Assembly (NCBI GenBank): GCA_964357615.1
Contig: CAYHMC010000002.1
Span: 7,481-71,480 of the forward strand
Source of the DNA: an uncultured Candidatus Saccharibacteria bacterium
GTDB taxonomy: Bacteria > Patescibacteriota > Minisyncoccia > UBA6257 > JACOXY01
Reading direction: 5' to 3'
DNA: 64,000 nucleotides
Shown: piece by piece, positions 20,462 to 29,853 of the stretch
Position numbering within the stretch: position 1 is the stretch's first letter
Layout of the letters: each line of letters opens with the position of its first letter
The notes under the pieces: generated by a model
What the model saw: only the letters and a program-made list of their open reading frames with translations
What the model was told of the DNA's origin: nothing
Database searches by the model: none
Translations under genes and position numbers: made by a program

Positions 20462-21895
20462 CTATTTAGTTATTTCTTTTTTAAAAAGCTCAAGAAGGGC
20501 TATTGGATTCCCTGCGCCCCGGAGCTCTGCCATAGCTTTACCAACAAGAGCTTGGATGGCGTTTTCTTTTCCCGATTTATACCTCTCTACAATGTCTTTG
20601 TTCTCACTAATAATTTTATGAACAGTTTTTAAGAGTTCGCCTTCATCAGACACTTGTTCTAATCCTTCATTTTTTAAAATATTTTCTGGATCTCCACCAG
20701 TTTCAATCATTTTTCTTAAAATATCTTTGGCGGTTCTACTACTAACCCTGCCAGAATAAATAAAAGACAATAAATGAGCGAAGTCTTCAATTTCAAATTT
20801 TAGATTAGAAAGCGTATATCCAAACTCGCTAAGTAAGCCACGAAAATCATTTATTAGATAACTATAAAGTGGATTGTAATCATTTATTTCTTTACCCAGA
20901 ACTAATTCTTTTAATTCAGACGATGCCGACTCAAAATAATCAGCAAATGGCTTATCTTTTACTAAAATATCAATCCTGTCAGATGACAACTTGTACTCTT
21001 CTGCAAATCTTTTTCTTTTATCTTTTGGTAATTCTGGAATTTCCATTCTCAATTCTTCTAAATTAAAAAGTTTTGAAATTTCAAATGGCGGAATATCTGG
21101 TTCGGGAAAATAGCGATAATCGTGAGCTTCTTCTTTACTGCGCTGTGATACGGTTTTTTTCTTATTCTCGTCCCATCCACGAGTCTCTTGCTTTATTTTT
21201 TCGCCAGCTTCAATTGCCTCCTCTTGTCTTCTAATTTCATAATTTATTGCATCAGACAAAACCTTAAACGAATTAAGGTTCTTAACTTCAACTTTGGTGC
21301 CCAATTTATCATCTTTGCTTATAGACACATTCGCTTCCAAGCGCATTTGGCCACGATCCATATCTGCCTCTGAGGCACCGAGATAACGCAAAATTAATTG
21401 TAGCTCTTTTGCGAATTCAACCGCTTTCTCTGGATTATCAATTACTGGTTCTGTAACTAATTCCATAAGTGGCAATCCCGCCCTATTAAAATCTACAAGT
21501 GATGTATCTTTGTTCCCGTGAACAAGACTACCGGCATCCTCCTCGAGATGCACTCTCGTAATTTGAACCCCAGCCAAAGACCCACCCAGCACAAAGGGCT
21601 TGTCATATTGCGAAATTTGATAACCTTTTGGAAGGTCAGGATAAAAATAATTCTTTCTATCAAATTTTGAATTTTCGGATAAATTACCACCAATTGCTAT
21701 TCCTATCTTCAATAACTTGCGAATCGCCTCTTTATTTGGAACTGGCAATGTGCCTGGATGACCGAGACAAATTGGACAAACATTTGTATTGGGGGTGAGT
21801 TCATTGGGATTATTTTTACAATCACAAAACATCTTACTCTTAGTGCTGAGTTCGGCATGTATTTCTAGACCTATAGTTGGTTTGTAACTAGACAT
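20462..21895 (-). CDS. gatB: Asp-tRNA(Asn)/Glu-tRNA(Gln) amidotransferase subunit B
   Basis: 477 aa. MSSYKPTIGLEIHAELSTKSKMFCDC is the GatB N-terminus, and it has a C-terminal GatB/YqeY domain. No gatA or gatC is adjacent. Confidence 0.9.
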   Translation of the reverse strand: MSSYKPTIGLEIHAELSTKSKMFCDCKNNPNELTPNTNVCPICLGHPGTLPVPNKEAIRKLLKIGIAIGGNLSENSKFDRKNYFYPDLPKGYQISQYDKPFVLGGSLAGVQITRVHLEEDAGSLVHGNKDTSLVDFNRAGLPLMELVTEPVIDNPEKAVEFAKELQLILRYLGASEADMDRGQMRLEANVSISKDDKLGTKVEVKNLNSFKVLSDAINYEIRRQEEAIEAGEKIKQETRGWDENKKKTVSQRSKEEAHDYRYFPEPDIPPFEISKLFNLEELRMEIPELPKDKRKRFAEEYKLSSDRIDILVKDKPFADYFESASSELKELVLGKEINDYNPLYSYLINDFRGLLSEFGYTLSNLKFEIEDFAHLLSFIYSGRVSSRTAKDILRKMIETGGDPENILKNEGLEQVSDEGELLKTVHKIISENKDIVERYKSGKENAIQALVGKAMAELRGAGNPIALLELFKKEITK

Positions 21896-21925
21896 AATAT
21901 ATTGATTATGAAGTTATTATAAATT

Positions 21926-22068
21926 AACCCCGCACCAATTTCAAACAGAATTTTTGCTAATTTTTTATTTATAGCACGAAATTCGCCTCAACTCCTAGTG
22001 TTGAGTTAAATGAGTTTCGTCTTAAATTAGTTTTATAGCATGACAAAACAATAAATTGGTGCGGGGTT
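21926..22068. repeat. 143-bp element bounded by a perfect 16-bp inverted repeat (AACCCCGCACCAATTT ... AAATTGGTGCGGGGTT) with internal hairpin and direct repeats. Candidate structured sRNA/leader or MITE.
   Basis: Left arm 21926-21941 and right arm 22053-22068 are exact reverse complements. The inner 111 bp contains a ctcaac-TCCTAGT-gttgag hairpin and a duplicated TATAGCA(C/T)GA motif. It lies in the gatB 5' region, downstream of the NUDIX terminator. Confidence 0.3.
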
Positions 22069-22123
22069 CTATTGCTGCTAAAAGATTTTCTTCGTAAAAA
22101 GCTTGAAAATCTTAAGCCAGCAA

Positions 22124-22150
22124 TGAAAAAATCAGCCAATTGGGCTGATT
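22124..22150 (-). terminator. Rho-independent terminator of NUDIX gene (stop codon inside stem-loop)
   Basis: Minus strand reads aatcagcc-CAATT-ggctgatt then TTTTCATT. The TAA stop (22151-22149) overlaps the 5' side of the stem. Confidence 0.5.
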
Positions 22151-22676
22151 ATATTATTTTTAATTCTTTTAAAATGTAATACCATACTGGCTCTATTCCC
22201 ATTTTTTTCATCCATTCAGAATCAGTATTTTTTTGTTCAGGATTTCCAAATATAGCTTCTGTCAATTTTCCTACTTCAATATAAGGAATATTGTATTTCG
22301 CAATAAAATATTCTGTCCTTTTGACGAGTGATTGTAATTTTTTGGGAGACGCCCAGAAAAAATTCTTTGCGTCACTACCTTCTTTTGGTTTGCCATAAAA
22401 GTTAGCTGACTTATATACAGCCCAATGGTGATATGAGCCGTGCTCTCTTTTACATGGGTTTTGTATTGTGCGACTCAAAACCAAATCGTTTGTGACAATA
22501 CTTATTCCAACTTCTTCTTTAGTTTCTCTAAAAGCAGAATGTAGAAATTCATCGCCATCTAAATGGCCAGCTGGTAGTGCAAATGATTCAGGATAATTCT
22601 TCCTTTCAATCATTAGTAAATTTTTTCCTTTTAAAATTATTTGACCAACACTTTTATTATCGCAAATTTTTGGCAT
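22149..22676 (-). CDS. NUDIX hydrolase
   Basis: 175 aa. The Nudix box is recognisable (GHLDGDEFLHSAFRETKEEVGI matches Gx5Ex7REUxEExGU). Confidence 0.75.
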   Translation of the reverse strand: MPKICDNKSVGQIILKGKNLLMIERKNYPESFALPAGHLDGDEFLHSAFRETKEEVGISIVTNDLVLSRTIQNPCKREHGSYHHWAVYKSANFYGKPKEGSDAKNFFWASPKKLQSLVKRTEYFIAKYNIPYIEVGKLTEAIFGNPEQKNTDSEWMKKMGIEPVWYYILKELKII

Positions 22677-22762
22677 GAACTATTTCCTTCACTAAAAAGC
22701 TGATTAATGTATAGCAAACAACTAATCGTGTGTCCATTTAAAAATGGCGGGAATATAAAACT

Positions 22763-24040
22763 TTATCTAGTTGCGTTATAAATTGCTTTAACTTCTAATT
22801 CTCCAAGTGTGCGACTATAGACTCTAAGATCATCTATTTGGCCGTTAAAAAACTCACTTCCGGTGCTAAGCAATCCCCGAAGACTGCTATTACCAGCTGG
22901 ATTCGAACCAATACTTTGGCCATCATAACCTGAATTCCAAGTATATGCTCCCGAAACGCTAGCTACGCGAGATCCATTTACATAAAGGGATAATCCACTT
23001 GGGCCTTGCGTTCCTACAACATGAGTCCAAACGCCAGTTGTGGGAATATTTGGAGAATCAACACCTAAAGACAAAGGACTAAAAACACCGCTACGAACCA
23101 AATATCTAAGTTTTCCCTGATCGGTCATTCCTAACACAACTCCGTTTGTTTCTCCTCCAAGTTGCCATATAACTTGCCAAGTTGTAGTGGAATTAAAAAT
23201 AACCCAAGCAGAAGTTGAAATAGTTGAGTGATAAATTTCGGGACCTGCAAACCAACCATTTGTGTAACCAATATTAATTGAGTTGTTAACGCCATTAAAA
23301 GACATTGAATTACTTACCTGACCAGTACTCGGCGTGGCAGTTGTACTACTTCCCACATTACCACTACCAGAAGTATCATTTGTATTGCCATCTAATCCCC
23401 AATAAGCCTCAAGTCCTCTTTGAAAATTTCCTAAATTTAACATTGCTGTTGAACCAGTTTCGTAAATAGCCGGATCGGGACCTCCCTCTTTATTCATATA
23501 TGGCACTAGTTTTTCTGACTCGAAGAGTGCTGTCAACTTGTAAGAAGGTCCTGTTATATAAATATAATAAAGTCCAGATGAATTTGTGTTTACTGGATCA
23601 ACTGGAAGTTTTGTAAGTGGAGAGCGCGTCGAAAGCTTAGTAAAATCTACCGGCACCCAACCATTGCCATCTACCTTTCTTAAATTAGCCTCAGTAACGC
23701 ACCTATATTGCCACCCAGAAGGTAAGGGCGGTAATCCAATATTTAAACAACTTGAATCTGTATCTGGTATAGAAACATAAACTATTGTGTCTGGGTCAGA
23801 AACAACTTTCTTTAATAATTTGCCCTCAAATTCAATCAAATCTAGAGCTCCTCGTAGAGCTGTTAAATCTTGAGTACGAATAGAGTCTCTTGATTGCCGA
23901 TTAAATTCAGTCGGTCTTAAAACTATAACTATGGCTGTGCCTAAAATAGCAAGGATACCTATAACTATTAGAAGTTCGAGCAATGTAAAGCCATAGTTTC
24001 TTAGCCCACCCTTAATATTTACATGATTAATTTTAATCAT
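22763..24040 (-). CDS. Type IV pilin-like (pseudopilin) protein with C-terminal LamG/concanavalin-like lectin domain
   Basis: Class III prepilin leader and N-terminal helix (GFTLLELLIVIGILAILGTAIVIVL). The C-terminal LamG-type ending is FNGQIDDLRVYSRTLGELEVKAIY. Confidence 0.7.
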   Translation of the reverse strand: MIKINHVNIKGGLRNYGFTLLELLIVIGILAILGTAIVIVLRPTEFNRQSRDSIRTQDLTALRGALDLIEFEGKLLKKVVSDPDTIVYVSIPDTDSSCLNIGLPPLPSGWQYRCVTEANLRKVDGNGWVPVDFTKLSTRSPLTKLPVDPVNTNSSGLYYIYITGPSYKLTALFESEKLVPYMNKEGGPDPAIYETGSTAMLNLGNFQRGLEAYWGLDGNTNDTSGSGNVGSSTTATPSTGQVSNSMSFNGVNNSINIGYTNGWFAGPEIYHSTISTSAWVIFNSTTTWQVIWQLGGETNGVVLGMTDQGKLRYLVRSGVFSPLSLGVDSPNIPTTGVWTHVVGTQGPSGLSLYVNGSRVASVSGAYTWNSGYDGQSIGSNPAGNSSLRGLLSTGSEFFNGQIDDLRVYSRTLGELEVKAIYNATR

Positions 24041-24124
24041 ATCTTATTACAACAATATAGAACCTTAAATATAGTTTATTTATGATTTTCATCTTTGTAT
24101 AATTATACATTTTAAAACAATATT

Positions 24125-24150
24125 ATAAAAAAGCGAGCAATTGTGCTCGC
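24125..24150 (-). terminator. Rho-independent terminator downstream of P-loop protein gene
   Basis: Minus strand reads gcgagca-CAAT-tgctcgc followed by TTTTTTAT. Confidence 0.5.
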
Positions 24151-24165
24151 AATATTTAATTACCA

Positions 24166-25242
24166 TTATTCCCTTAAGATTAGTTTTGGTGGATTGCCAC
24201 CAAAATGCTCGCTATCAATAAAATTTTTAAATTCTTTTTCATTTTGAAAAATTCTACCCGTGAAATATCTCTCAAATGGTCCAGCTAACTCTCCTGGATA
24301 TATCAACCATGTATTTTTAGTAGTTTGAACTGCCTCGCTTACTTCAGCGAGCACTCCCCACGATGGAACAATTTCTGGGAAAAACGCTACTGTGTGCAAG
24401 CATGGTCCAAGCAACCAATACAAATCTCTAAAAACAGTTTGATAGTGCTCTGCTAAATCACTGGGAACTTTATTATGTATTTGAATTTTTCCTGTTTGAA
24501 TGTGAAGGTGGTTTATTACAGTAAAGCGAGTATCTAACCAACTAATAAGATCTAATATCCTTTTCTGACTTTTTTTATTCTTAAGTCTTGTGATTGGAAA
24601 AGATGGATACAATGGTTCAAATTCTGGATGAAATAACAACTTATAAAAAGTTTCGGGTGGCTGGTCTGTCGGAATGGCATAAAACTTGCTTCTATATAAC
24701 TGCGCAAAACCAGCGGCCGTTTCTACCTCAACATTTTGCCAACCCAAAACATTTTCAAGTGATAGATTTTGGTCTTTCCATTGTTCTCTGCTATTTAATT
24801 CCTGCAGAATCTTTAACCCGCTAGTTATAAAGGTAATAAAAATATCTGGGTGTAATTCTTCTAAGTACGAATAGTTATAAGCTCGTCTAAATATTTTTCT
24901 CCAATAAAACCAAAGATGGAGGCTAATTATCACAGCATCGTATTCCAATAACTCTTTTTCTAATTTTCCCAATATTCTTTCCAGAATTGAAGCTCTTAGG
25001 CCATTTAATGTGTCTGGATTTCTATCTAAAACATTCTTATGTGTTAAATGAACGCCCTGTTTTTCTGCTTGGTCAAAAAGCATTGGTCCAATTTGATAGA
25101 TTTTTACCTTTTTACCATTTTTTGCACATATATCAGCAACGCGTTTTAAGTGATTTTTTCTTCCACTCCCAGAAGGCGCAGCCACAATGATAACTTTTCC
25201 CCTATTTGAACCAATTATTTTGCTCACTTTATATCCAGTCAA
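24166..25242 (-). CDS. Hypothetical P-loop NTPase/kinase-like protein
   Basis: 358 aa. The N-terminal Walker A-like motif is VIIVAAPSGSGRKNH. The C-terminal ~170 aa are unrecognised. Confidence 0.4.
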   Translation of the reverse strand: MTGYKVSKIIGSNRGKVIIVAAPSGSGRKNHLKRVADICAKNGKKVKIYQIGPMLFDQAEKQGVHLTHKNVLDRNPDTLNGLRASILERILGKLEKELLEYDAVIISLHLWFYWRKIFRRAYNYSYLEELHPDIFITFITSGLKILQELNSREQWKDQNLSLENVLGWQNVEVETAAGFAQLYRSKFYAIPTDQPPETFYKLLFHPEFEPLYPSFPITRLKNKKSQKRILDLISWLDTRFTVINHLHIQTGKIQIHNKVPSDLAEHYQTVFRDLYWLLGPCLHTVAFFPEIVPSWGVLAEVSEAVQTTKNTWLIYPGELAGPFERYFTGRIFQNEKEFKNFIDSEHFGGNPPKLILRE

Positions 25243-25328
25243 ATATCAAAATTCTTCTCTTACATTCACATAAAATAAAACAATGTGCAAACTTAAAAAA
25301 TTTTACTTGCTATACAATTAAAAATAAC

Positions 25329-26039
25329 CTAAATTCCAATCTTTATGCATATTTCTCTAAATACGCTAAGTAAGGGTTGACTTGAATCAATAATATAAAG
25401 TTTTTTATAAAGTTCTTTCTTTTTCAACAATTTAATATATGCGGATCTGGTTTTTTTAATCTTTGGTAAGGTTTCATAAATATCTACGGGCTTGCTTGAT
25501 GCATTAGATAATCTTTCAATCGCAATTTCAGGATCAAGGTCGAAATAAATTAAAATATCTGGAACAACATAAAAGCGATTGAGTAATTTGCTATGTAGCT
25601 TACTAAGTTTTCCATATGTAATATTTTTTGTCGCAGCAAAAGCGTATGTTGAAAGCTCGTAACGATCTTGGACACAAAATATTCCACGCGCTATTTGTGG
25701 AACGATTACATTACGCAAATCTTCATGCCTATCAGCGATATACAACATTTGACGCTCGATTTCTGTAAGCTCTTGGCCACGCTCAAGCTTTAAAAGAATC
25801 TTAGATAATGCCGGATGACTTAAGGTTATGCTAAGTTTTTTAGCTAAAGAAATATCACTCCTGTTGTACTTATCTTTTTCAATAACAGCTCGAATCAATC
25901 TTCCAAATGGACTACTAATTGTCGGCTCGTGATTGAAAAAAGATTCTGCACCCCTAACATTCAAGCGATCTACCAACATTTTGCCTTGTGTAGTTTTTCC
26001 AGTAGAAGTTATGCCTTCCAAAACAATAAATTTACTCAT
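25329..26039 (-). CDS. tmk: Thymidylate kinase
   Basis: P-loop FIVLEGITSTGKTTQ, and a DRY-type motif DRYELSTYAFAA. Length is 236 aa. Confidence 0.7.
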   Translation of the reverse strand: MSKFIVLEGITSTGKTTQGKMLVDRLNVRGAESFFNHEPTISSPFGRLIRAVIEKDKYNRSDISLAKKLSITLSHPALSKILLKLERGQELTEIERQMLYIADRHEDLRNVIVPQIARGIFCVQDRYELSTYAFAATKNITYGKLSKLHSKLLNRFYVVPDILIYFDLDPEIAIERLSNASSKPVDIYETLPKIKKTRSAYIKLLKKKELYKKLYIIDSSQPLLSVFREICIKIGI

Positions 26040-26072
26040 TGTGTTTATGATAACACGAGAAGTTTGTGTATT

Positions 26073-26100
26073 AAAAAATGCGGGATTACCCGCATTTTTT
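26073..26100 (-). terminator. Rho-independent terminator downstream of rplK (bidirectional-capable)
   Basis: atgcggg-ATTA-cccgcat is flanked by an A5 run on one side and T6+ on the other. Confidence 0.55.
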
Positions 26101-26115
26101 AATTTATAACAAATC

Positions 26116-26541
26116 TTAGTCTTTAACCTCTATTCCCATTGATCTTGCAGTACCTTTTATAATTTTTTCAGCTGCATCTAAATCATTTGCATTTAAGTCA
26201 ATCATTTTTTTCTCAGCAATTTCGCGTACTTGAGCCCTTGTTACCTTGCCTACTTTTTGTTTAAGAGGATCTGCTGCGCCTTTTTCTACTGAAGCTGCTT
26301 TCTTTAAAAGTGACGATGCTGGAGAAGTTTTTAATGTAAAAGTAAAACTTCTGTCTTCATAAATAGTAATTAAAGCTGGCACAACATCTCCGGTCATAGT
26401 TTTTGTGGCGTCATTAAACTGCTTACAAAATTCTTGTATATTTATACCATGAGGACCGAGAGCTGTTCCCACTGGCGGAGCTGGATTCGCCTTACCAGCT
26501 TCTAATTGCAATTTTATAGTTGTTTTAATCTTTTTTGCCAT
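26116..26541 (-). CDS. rplK: 50S ribosomal protein L11
   Basis: [43 protein letters not shown] is the canonical L11 N-terminus. The start was trimmed from the ORF track to the internal ATG at 26541. Confidence 0.9.
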   Translation of the reverse strand: MAKKIKTTIKLQLEAGKANPAPPVGTALGPHGINIQEFCKQFNDATKTMTGDVVPALITIYEDRSFTFTLKTSPASSLLKKAASVEKGAADPLKQKVGKVTRAQVREIAEKKMIDLNANDLDAAEKIIKGTARSMGIEVKD

Positions 26542-26618
26542 ATCGAATAAACTAACACAATTCACCTACATTAATCAATACTAAGAGCACAAACCCTTTT
26601 AAGTAGGGAATTTTAAAA

Positions 26619-27173
26619 TTATACTTTCTTTACTTGTAAAGTATCGAGTTCCACTGCTGTGTCTCGCCCGAATATTGGAACCATTATTTTAATTTTGCCT
26701 TTTTCTTCGTCGACTTCAGATACTTTTCCATCGTAATCTTTAAAAGGGCCGTCTGTTATCTTTACCATTTCTCCAACTCTAAATTCAATGGTTAGTTTTG
26801 GCTCATTATCACCCATTTTGCCAAGCAAGAAATCTACTTCTTCTTTAGATAGTGGAGTTGGCATCGTTGAATCTGCTCCAACAAAACCAGTCACGCGAGG
26901 AGTGTTGCGAACTATGTACCAAGAATCTTCGGTCAACTCCATATCAACCAAAACATATCCAGGATAAATCTTTTCTTCGATAGTGTGTCTTTTGCCATTT
27001 TTTATTTGAATTTTTTTCTCTTTTGGAACTAGAACATTAAAAATCTTATCGCCAGCCTCAAGCGATTCAATTCTCTGTTTAAGATAGCGCACAACTGCGT
27101 CTTCGTAGCCAGCATAAGTATGCACTGCATACCAATGCCTGCCAGCTCTTTTTACTTCAGATGCTTTTGTCAT
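26619..27173 (-). CDS. nusG: Transcription termination/antitermination factor NusG
   Basis: 184 aa. The NGN domain begins WYAVHTYAGYEDAV, and there is a C-terminal KOW (GEMVKITDGPFKDYDGKV). secE is upstream and rplK is downstream. Confidence 0.9.
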   Translation of the reverse strand: MTKASEVKRAGRHWYAVHTYAGYEDAVVRYLKQRIESLEAGDKIFNVLVPKEKKIQIKNGKRHTIEEKIYPGYVLVDMELTEDSWYIVRNTPRVTGFVGADSTMPTPLSKEEVDFLLGKMGDNEPKLTIEFRVGEMVKITDGPFKDYDGKVSEVDEEKGKIKIMVPIFGRDTAVELDTLQVKKV

Positions 27174-27210
27174 ATTATAATTATATTACTTTTAGTGTAA
27201 ATTAGAAATA

Positions 27211-27558
27211 TTACTGTACTGGAGTTACTTTTGGTTTATTATCAGTTGGATTTTCTGTAGTTATTTCAAAATTCCCATTTCCACTTGTTTTAACATCTGT
27301 TGGCGAAAAAAAATTAGGCATTTCTGTGGTAGTTGATGAAATAGTTCCAGATGCATTTTCAATTGGTGCTGAAGCAGGGGCCAAAGCACGCACTCCTGTA
27401 TAAAATAGGAAATCAAAAGCACCCAAAAATAAGGCTATTCCAAGGGAAATAGCAATCACAACGCTAGTTAAGCGCATAGTTTCATCTCTGGTTGGCCAAT
27501 TAACACGACCAAGCTCTCGACGAGACTCTAATATAAAGTGTTTTAGTCTTTCAAACAT
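27211..27558 (-). CDS. secE: Preprotein translocase subunit SecE (with C-terminal extension)
   Basis: 115 aa. The N-terminus LKHFILESRRELGRVNWPTRDETMRLTSVVIAISLGIALFLGAFDFLF is SecE-like (amphipathic start plus a single TM). It sits in the conserved position 5' of nusG. Confidence 0.6.
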   Translation of the reverse strand: MFERLKHFILESRRELGRVNWPTRDETMRLTSVVIAISLGIALFLGAFDFLFYTGVRALAPASAPIENASGTISSTTTEMPNFFSPTDVKTSGNGNFEITTENPTDNKPKVTPVQ

Positions 27559-27688
27559 ATGGGAAGATTATAATGGAAAAGAACGATAAAAGCAAGATTT
27601 TTGTGCCCAATCTAATTTTTAAAAATTATGTATCGAAACTATTCAAACTTTGACCTCTCTTAACATCAAAAACCCAAAAAAAATTAAG

Positions 27689-29671
27689 TTATGTATCTAA
27701 ATTTTTAACAGAATGTGCGTGAGCTTGAATAAAAAGCTTTCTTGGTTCAACTGCATCACCCATTAAAATATCGAACATTTTATCTGCTTCTTCTGCGTCT
27801 CGAACTGTAACCTGTTTCATCTTTCTACAACTTGGATCCATTGTTGTTTCCCAAAGTTGGTCTGGATTCATTTCTCCTAAACCTTTATAGCGTTGTACAT
27901 TTGCATTTTGAGACTTTGTAATCCCCTGAACTTCTAATATAGCTTTATCTTTTTCTGATTCAGTAAACACATATCTGAATTCTTTACCAGATGAAATCTT
28001 GAAAAGTGGTGGTTGGGCTATGTAGATATAACCAGCCTCCACAACTTTTGGAAAATATCTATAAAATAAAGTAAGTAAAAGTGTTCTAATGTGAGCGCCG
28101 TCAACATCTGCATCTGTCATTATTACAATTTTATGATAACGAATTTTAAGTATATTAAAATCACTTGCAATCGCAGTCCCCAAAGCCATTACCAATGCTC
28201 TAATTTCTTTATTAGCTAACATTTTATCGATTCTTGATCTTTCAACATTTAAAATTTTGCCTCGAAGTGGCAAAATTGCCTGAGTTCTTCTGTCTCTCGC
28301 CATCTTGCTTGATCCTCCTGCTGAATCGCCCTCAACTAAAAATAACTCTGATTCTTCTGGGCTTCTTGAAGAACAGTCGGCTAGTTTGCCGGGTAGAGTT
28401 AATCCTTCTAGAACTCCTTTACGCAAAACTGTATCTTTTGCAGCTTTAGCGGCCTTACGCGCCTTTGAAGCCAAAATACATTTTTCAATCATTCGTCTTG
28501 CATCGCTTGGATGCTTCTCTAAGTATTCTTTAAGTGCTTCGCTAACAACTGCTTCGGTTGCGCTTCTTGCCTCTGGACTACCCAAACGAGCCTTAGTTTG
28601 ACCCTCAAATTGAGGTTGGGGTAATTTAACAGAAATTACAACAACCAATCCCTCACGCACATCGTCTCCGGTAAGATTTTCCTCTTTTTCTTTAAGATAG
28701 TTTTCTGACCTAGCATAAGAATTAATTGCCCGAGAAAGCGCCGACTTAAAACCAGTTGAATGCATTCCGCCATCATGAGTAAATATATTATTTGCAAAAG
28801 ATAATTCCTTTCCCTCGATATCATCTGTATAAGTAAAAGCAACTTCTACTTCTGTATTTCCCGAAGTTTTTTGAACATAAAATAATTCATCCTGCAGAGC
28901 TTTTGATGCTGGAGTTAGGTGTCTTAAAAAAGAAAGCAAACCGCCATCAAATTGAAAGGCGTGATATTTTGCGTCTTCACTTCTAAAATCACAAATCTCT
29001 ATTTTAATGCCCTTGGTTAAGAATGCTTGTTGGCGTAAGTGATCTAGAATATATTTAAAATCAAATTGTGGCATCTTACCACCATCAACTCCAAATATTT
29101 CTGGATCTGGCTCAAAAATAACTTTAGTGCCGGTACCATCACTACTACCAACTTTTCTTACTGCTTTTTTTGGTTTACCTCTTTCGTATTCTTGCTCATA
29201 TAATCCTCCGTCACGACGAACTTCAACTTTTAACCATTTAGAAAGAGCATTGACCACAGAAACGCCGACGCCGTGCAAACCACCAGAAACCTTATATGAG
29301 TCACCTCCAAATTTTCCACCAGCATGAAGAGTGGTAAGCACAGTTTCAAGTGCTGATTTTTTAGTTTGTTTATGTATATCAACTGGAATACCGCGACCAT
29401 CGTCAGCTACCGAGACTCTATTTTGTGGCAAAAGATCAATACGAACACTTTTTGCATATCCAGCCATTGCTTCGTCTATGCTATTGTCTACAACCTCCCA
29501 AATTAAATGATGTAAACCAGCAACATCAGTTGTACCAATATACATTCCGGGTCTTTTACGAACTGGCTCTAAACCCTCTAAAACATAAATGTCCTTAGCT
29601 TCATAGCTAGGTTTTTTATCTCCATTTGATTCAATCTCTATTTTTTCGTTTTTCTTTGGAATTTTTGGCAT
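27689..29671 (-). CDS. gyrB: DNA gyrase subunit B
   Basis: 660 aa. It has a GHKL ATPase (EVVDNSIDEAMAG...GLHGVGVSVVNALS), a TOPRIM region (EGDSAGGS, DADVDGAHIRTLLLT) and a C-terminal tail. Confidence 0.9.
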   Translation of the reverse strand: MPKIPKKNEKIEIESNGDKKPSYEAKDIYVLEGLEPVRKRPGMYIGTTDVAGLHHLIWEVVDNSIDEAMAGYAKSVRIDLLPQNRVSVADDGRGIPVDIHKQTKKSALETVLTTLHAGGKFGGDSYKVSGGLHGVGVSVVNALSKWLKVEVRRDGGLYEQEYERGKPKKAVRKVGSSDGTGTKVIFEPDPEIFGVDGGKMPQFDFKYILDHLRQQAFLTKGIKIEICDFRSEDAKYHAFQFDGGLLSFLRHLTPASKALQDELFYVQKTSGNTEVEVAFTYTDDIEGKELSFANNIFTHDGGMHSTGFKSALSRAINSYARSENYLKEKEENLTGDDVREGLVVVISVKLPQPQFEGQTKARLGSPEARSATEAVVSEALKEYLEKHPSDARRMIEKCILASKARKAAKAAKDTVLRKGVLEGLTLPGKLADCSSRSPEESELFLVEGDSAGGSSKMARDRRTQAILPLRGKILNVERSRIDKMLANKEIRALVMALGTAIASDFNILKIRYHKIVIMTDADVDGAHIRTLLLTLFYRYFPKVVEAGYIYIAQPPLFKISSGKEFRYVFTESEKDKAILEVQGITKSQNANVQRYKGLGEMNPDQLWETTMDPSCRKMKQVTVRDAEEADKMFDILMGDAVEPRKLFIQAHAHSVKNLDT

Positions 29672-29792
29672 AAATGTATATTACCGAACAAAATACACGA
29701 ATTAGGATATTAAAATTCGTATATTTTGTATTTATACTTAATCTCGTATATGAACATTATAGCATAATTTTTAATAAAAACAAAGAAAAACT

Positions 29793-29820
29793 TTACATTT
29801 TTTATCTATAAAGATAGAAT
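29793..29820 (+). promoter_or_regulatory. Sigma70-like promoter for the 29854 gene
   Basis: The -35 is TTTACA (29793-29798). A 16-nt spacer precedes the -10 TAGAAT (29815-29820). A GGTGAG SD lies 7 nt before the ATG at 29854. Confidence 0.3.
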
Positions 29821-29853
29821 TATTTCAGCTCAATTTTACATGGTGAGTTACGA

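Noticed and set aside
21926-22068. Interpretation of the TIR element as bacterial SRP (4.5S) RNA
   Set aside because: There is no GNRA (GGAA) apical tetraloop with flanking AGCAG/symmetric-loop domain IV motif on either strand. It is kept only as a generic structured-RNA/MITE candidate.
27559-27688. Possible tRNA-Trp upstream of secE (common in secE-nusG operons)
   Set aside because: The region is about 75% AT with no GC-rich acceptor stem, T-loop (GTTCRA) or cloverleaf potential. No tRNA is present.
28234-28842. Three small ORFs overlapping gyrB on either strand
   Set aside because: They lie entirely within the well-supported gyrB CDS, with no motifs. They are spurious.
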